A stretch of 64,000 nucleotides of DNA from Caldisericota bacterium (lineage in GTDB: Bacteria > Caldisericota > Caldisericia > B22-G15), in the NCBI GenBank assembly GCA_039793425.1, contig JBAMLT010000220.1, forward strand, positions 17,701 to 81,700, given 5' to 3'. This document shows, piece by piece, positions 63,422 through 64,000 of the stretch (positions are counted from its first letter, which is position 1; every line of letters begins with the position of its first letter). Under the pieces are notes generated by a model, which saw only the letters and a list, made by a program, of their open reading frames with translations, was not told the origin of the DNA and did not search any database. A program made the position numbers and the translations under genes.

Positions 63422-64000
63422 AATGGTTCAATGCATCATTTAAAATATTCTTAAAAAGATTTATTCTATATTCTCTTGATGCTCTAAAATCTGATTTAAA
63501 TTCAGGTGATAATTTCTTAATAATTTCATTGATTTTTTCATCTTTTTTTAAATTTCTATCATTTAATATTTTCTCTATCGAGACATCTCTTAAGGGATAA
63601 TTCAATGCTCCTGTTAATGCCATTTTTATTTCATCATTAATTTTTACAAAAAGAGTTGAAATAATTGGATAATCAATTTTCGTAAAAAAAACTTTTCTTT
63701 CATAATAAAAATCAGAGTTTAATAATTTTTTTGGAATTATAAACTGAGTAACAATATCACCTTTATTTATTTTTAAACTTCTATCAAAAATATTTGAAAT
63801 TTTATATTCTTTTATACCTCCATATTCATAAATTTTTATCTTTATATCAAAAATAAGTAAAGGTAAAATGGTCTCTCTAAAAGGAAGTTGCCCTAAAATA
63901 TTTCCACCAATTGTAATTCTATTTCTTACAGTATGATCTGCAATTCCCTTAAAAGATTTTGAAAAAATTTCAGAAAATTTTGAATCAATTATCTCATTTA
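63411..64000 (-). CDS. FAD-binding medium subunit of molybdenum hydroxylase (partial; 5' end beyond window)
   Basis: Frame stays open upstream of the listed Met to the window edge; C-terminal CO-dehydrogenase-flavoprotein-like domain. Confidence 0.55.
   Translation of the reverse strand, partial: NEIIDSKFSEIFSKSFKGIADHTVRNRITIGGNILGQLPFRETILPLLIFDIKIKIYEYGGIKEYKISNIFDRSLKINKGDIVTQFIIPKKLLNSDFYYERKVFFTKIDYPIISTLFVKINDEIKMALTGALNYPLRDVSIEKILNDRNLKKDEKINEIIKKLSPEFKSDFRASREYRINLFKNILNDALNHFGG

Noticed and set aside
1-64000. CRISPR arrays, IS elements, integrases, prophage or RM/defence islands
   Set aside because: No repeat-spacer arrays, transposase, integrase or phage structural genes were recognised; gene content is core housekeeping with conserved local synteny.

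Overview
This is a very AT-rich (about 28% GC), tightly packed bacterial chromosomal window, with many genes that abut or overlap by a few bases. Its content is almost entirely housekeeping or core genes. There are no rRNA or tRNA genes, no CRISPR array, and no transposase, integrase or phage genes.

The recognisable gene blocks are:
- secA and prfB (prfB starts at a GTG inside the 3' end of secA and has no programmed-frameshift site).
- A complete livJ-HMGF branched-chain amino-acid ABC transporter operon, with an intrinsic terminator after livJ.
- A MATE efflux pump divergent from a TetR-family regulator. The TetR gene is followed by a near-consensus sigma70 promoter with a palindromic operator in front of an ABC-2 exporter operon whose ATPase gene is disrupted.
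- A helicase of the MrfA/YprA type (DEXH helicase with a C-terminal DUF1998 domain) that looks co-operonic with a polytopic membrane protein and a DUF4388 protein.
- An RseC/MucC-family gene preceded by a roughly 160-nt GC-rich structured leader.
- A second ABC-2 exporter operon in which one permease gene is split by a frameshift in a homopolymer.
- trpS, lysS, greA, dus, coaX, rimI, the rpoD-dnaG-dgt macromolecular-synthesis block, ppdK and glyQS.
- An MFS transporter, an isochorismatase-family hydrolase, a transaldolase and a NIF3-like protein.
- tldD with pmbA, htpX with lemA, asp23-yloV-degV, a Lon-like protease, tsaE and tsaB.
- A DUF123 GIY-YIG-like protein, an OYE-family oxidoreductase, a GDPD, and the [2Fe-2S] and FAD-binding subunits of a molybdenum hydroxylase (the FAD subunit is cut by the window end).

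The most interesting signals are:
- The GC-rich leader upstream of the rseC-like gene (minus strand, 22071-22232), which carries TPP-riboswitch-like motifs.
- Two ABC exporter genes broken at poly-A/T tracts.
- The uncharacterised grouping of helicase, membrane protein and DUF4388 protein.

No convincing novel multi-gene system is evident. The window looks like core genome.
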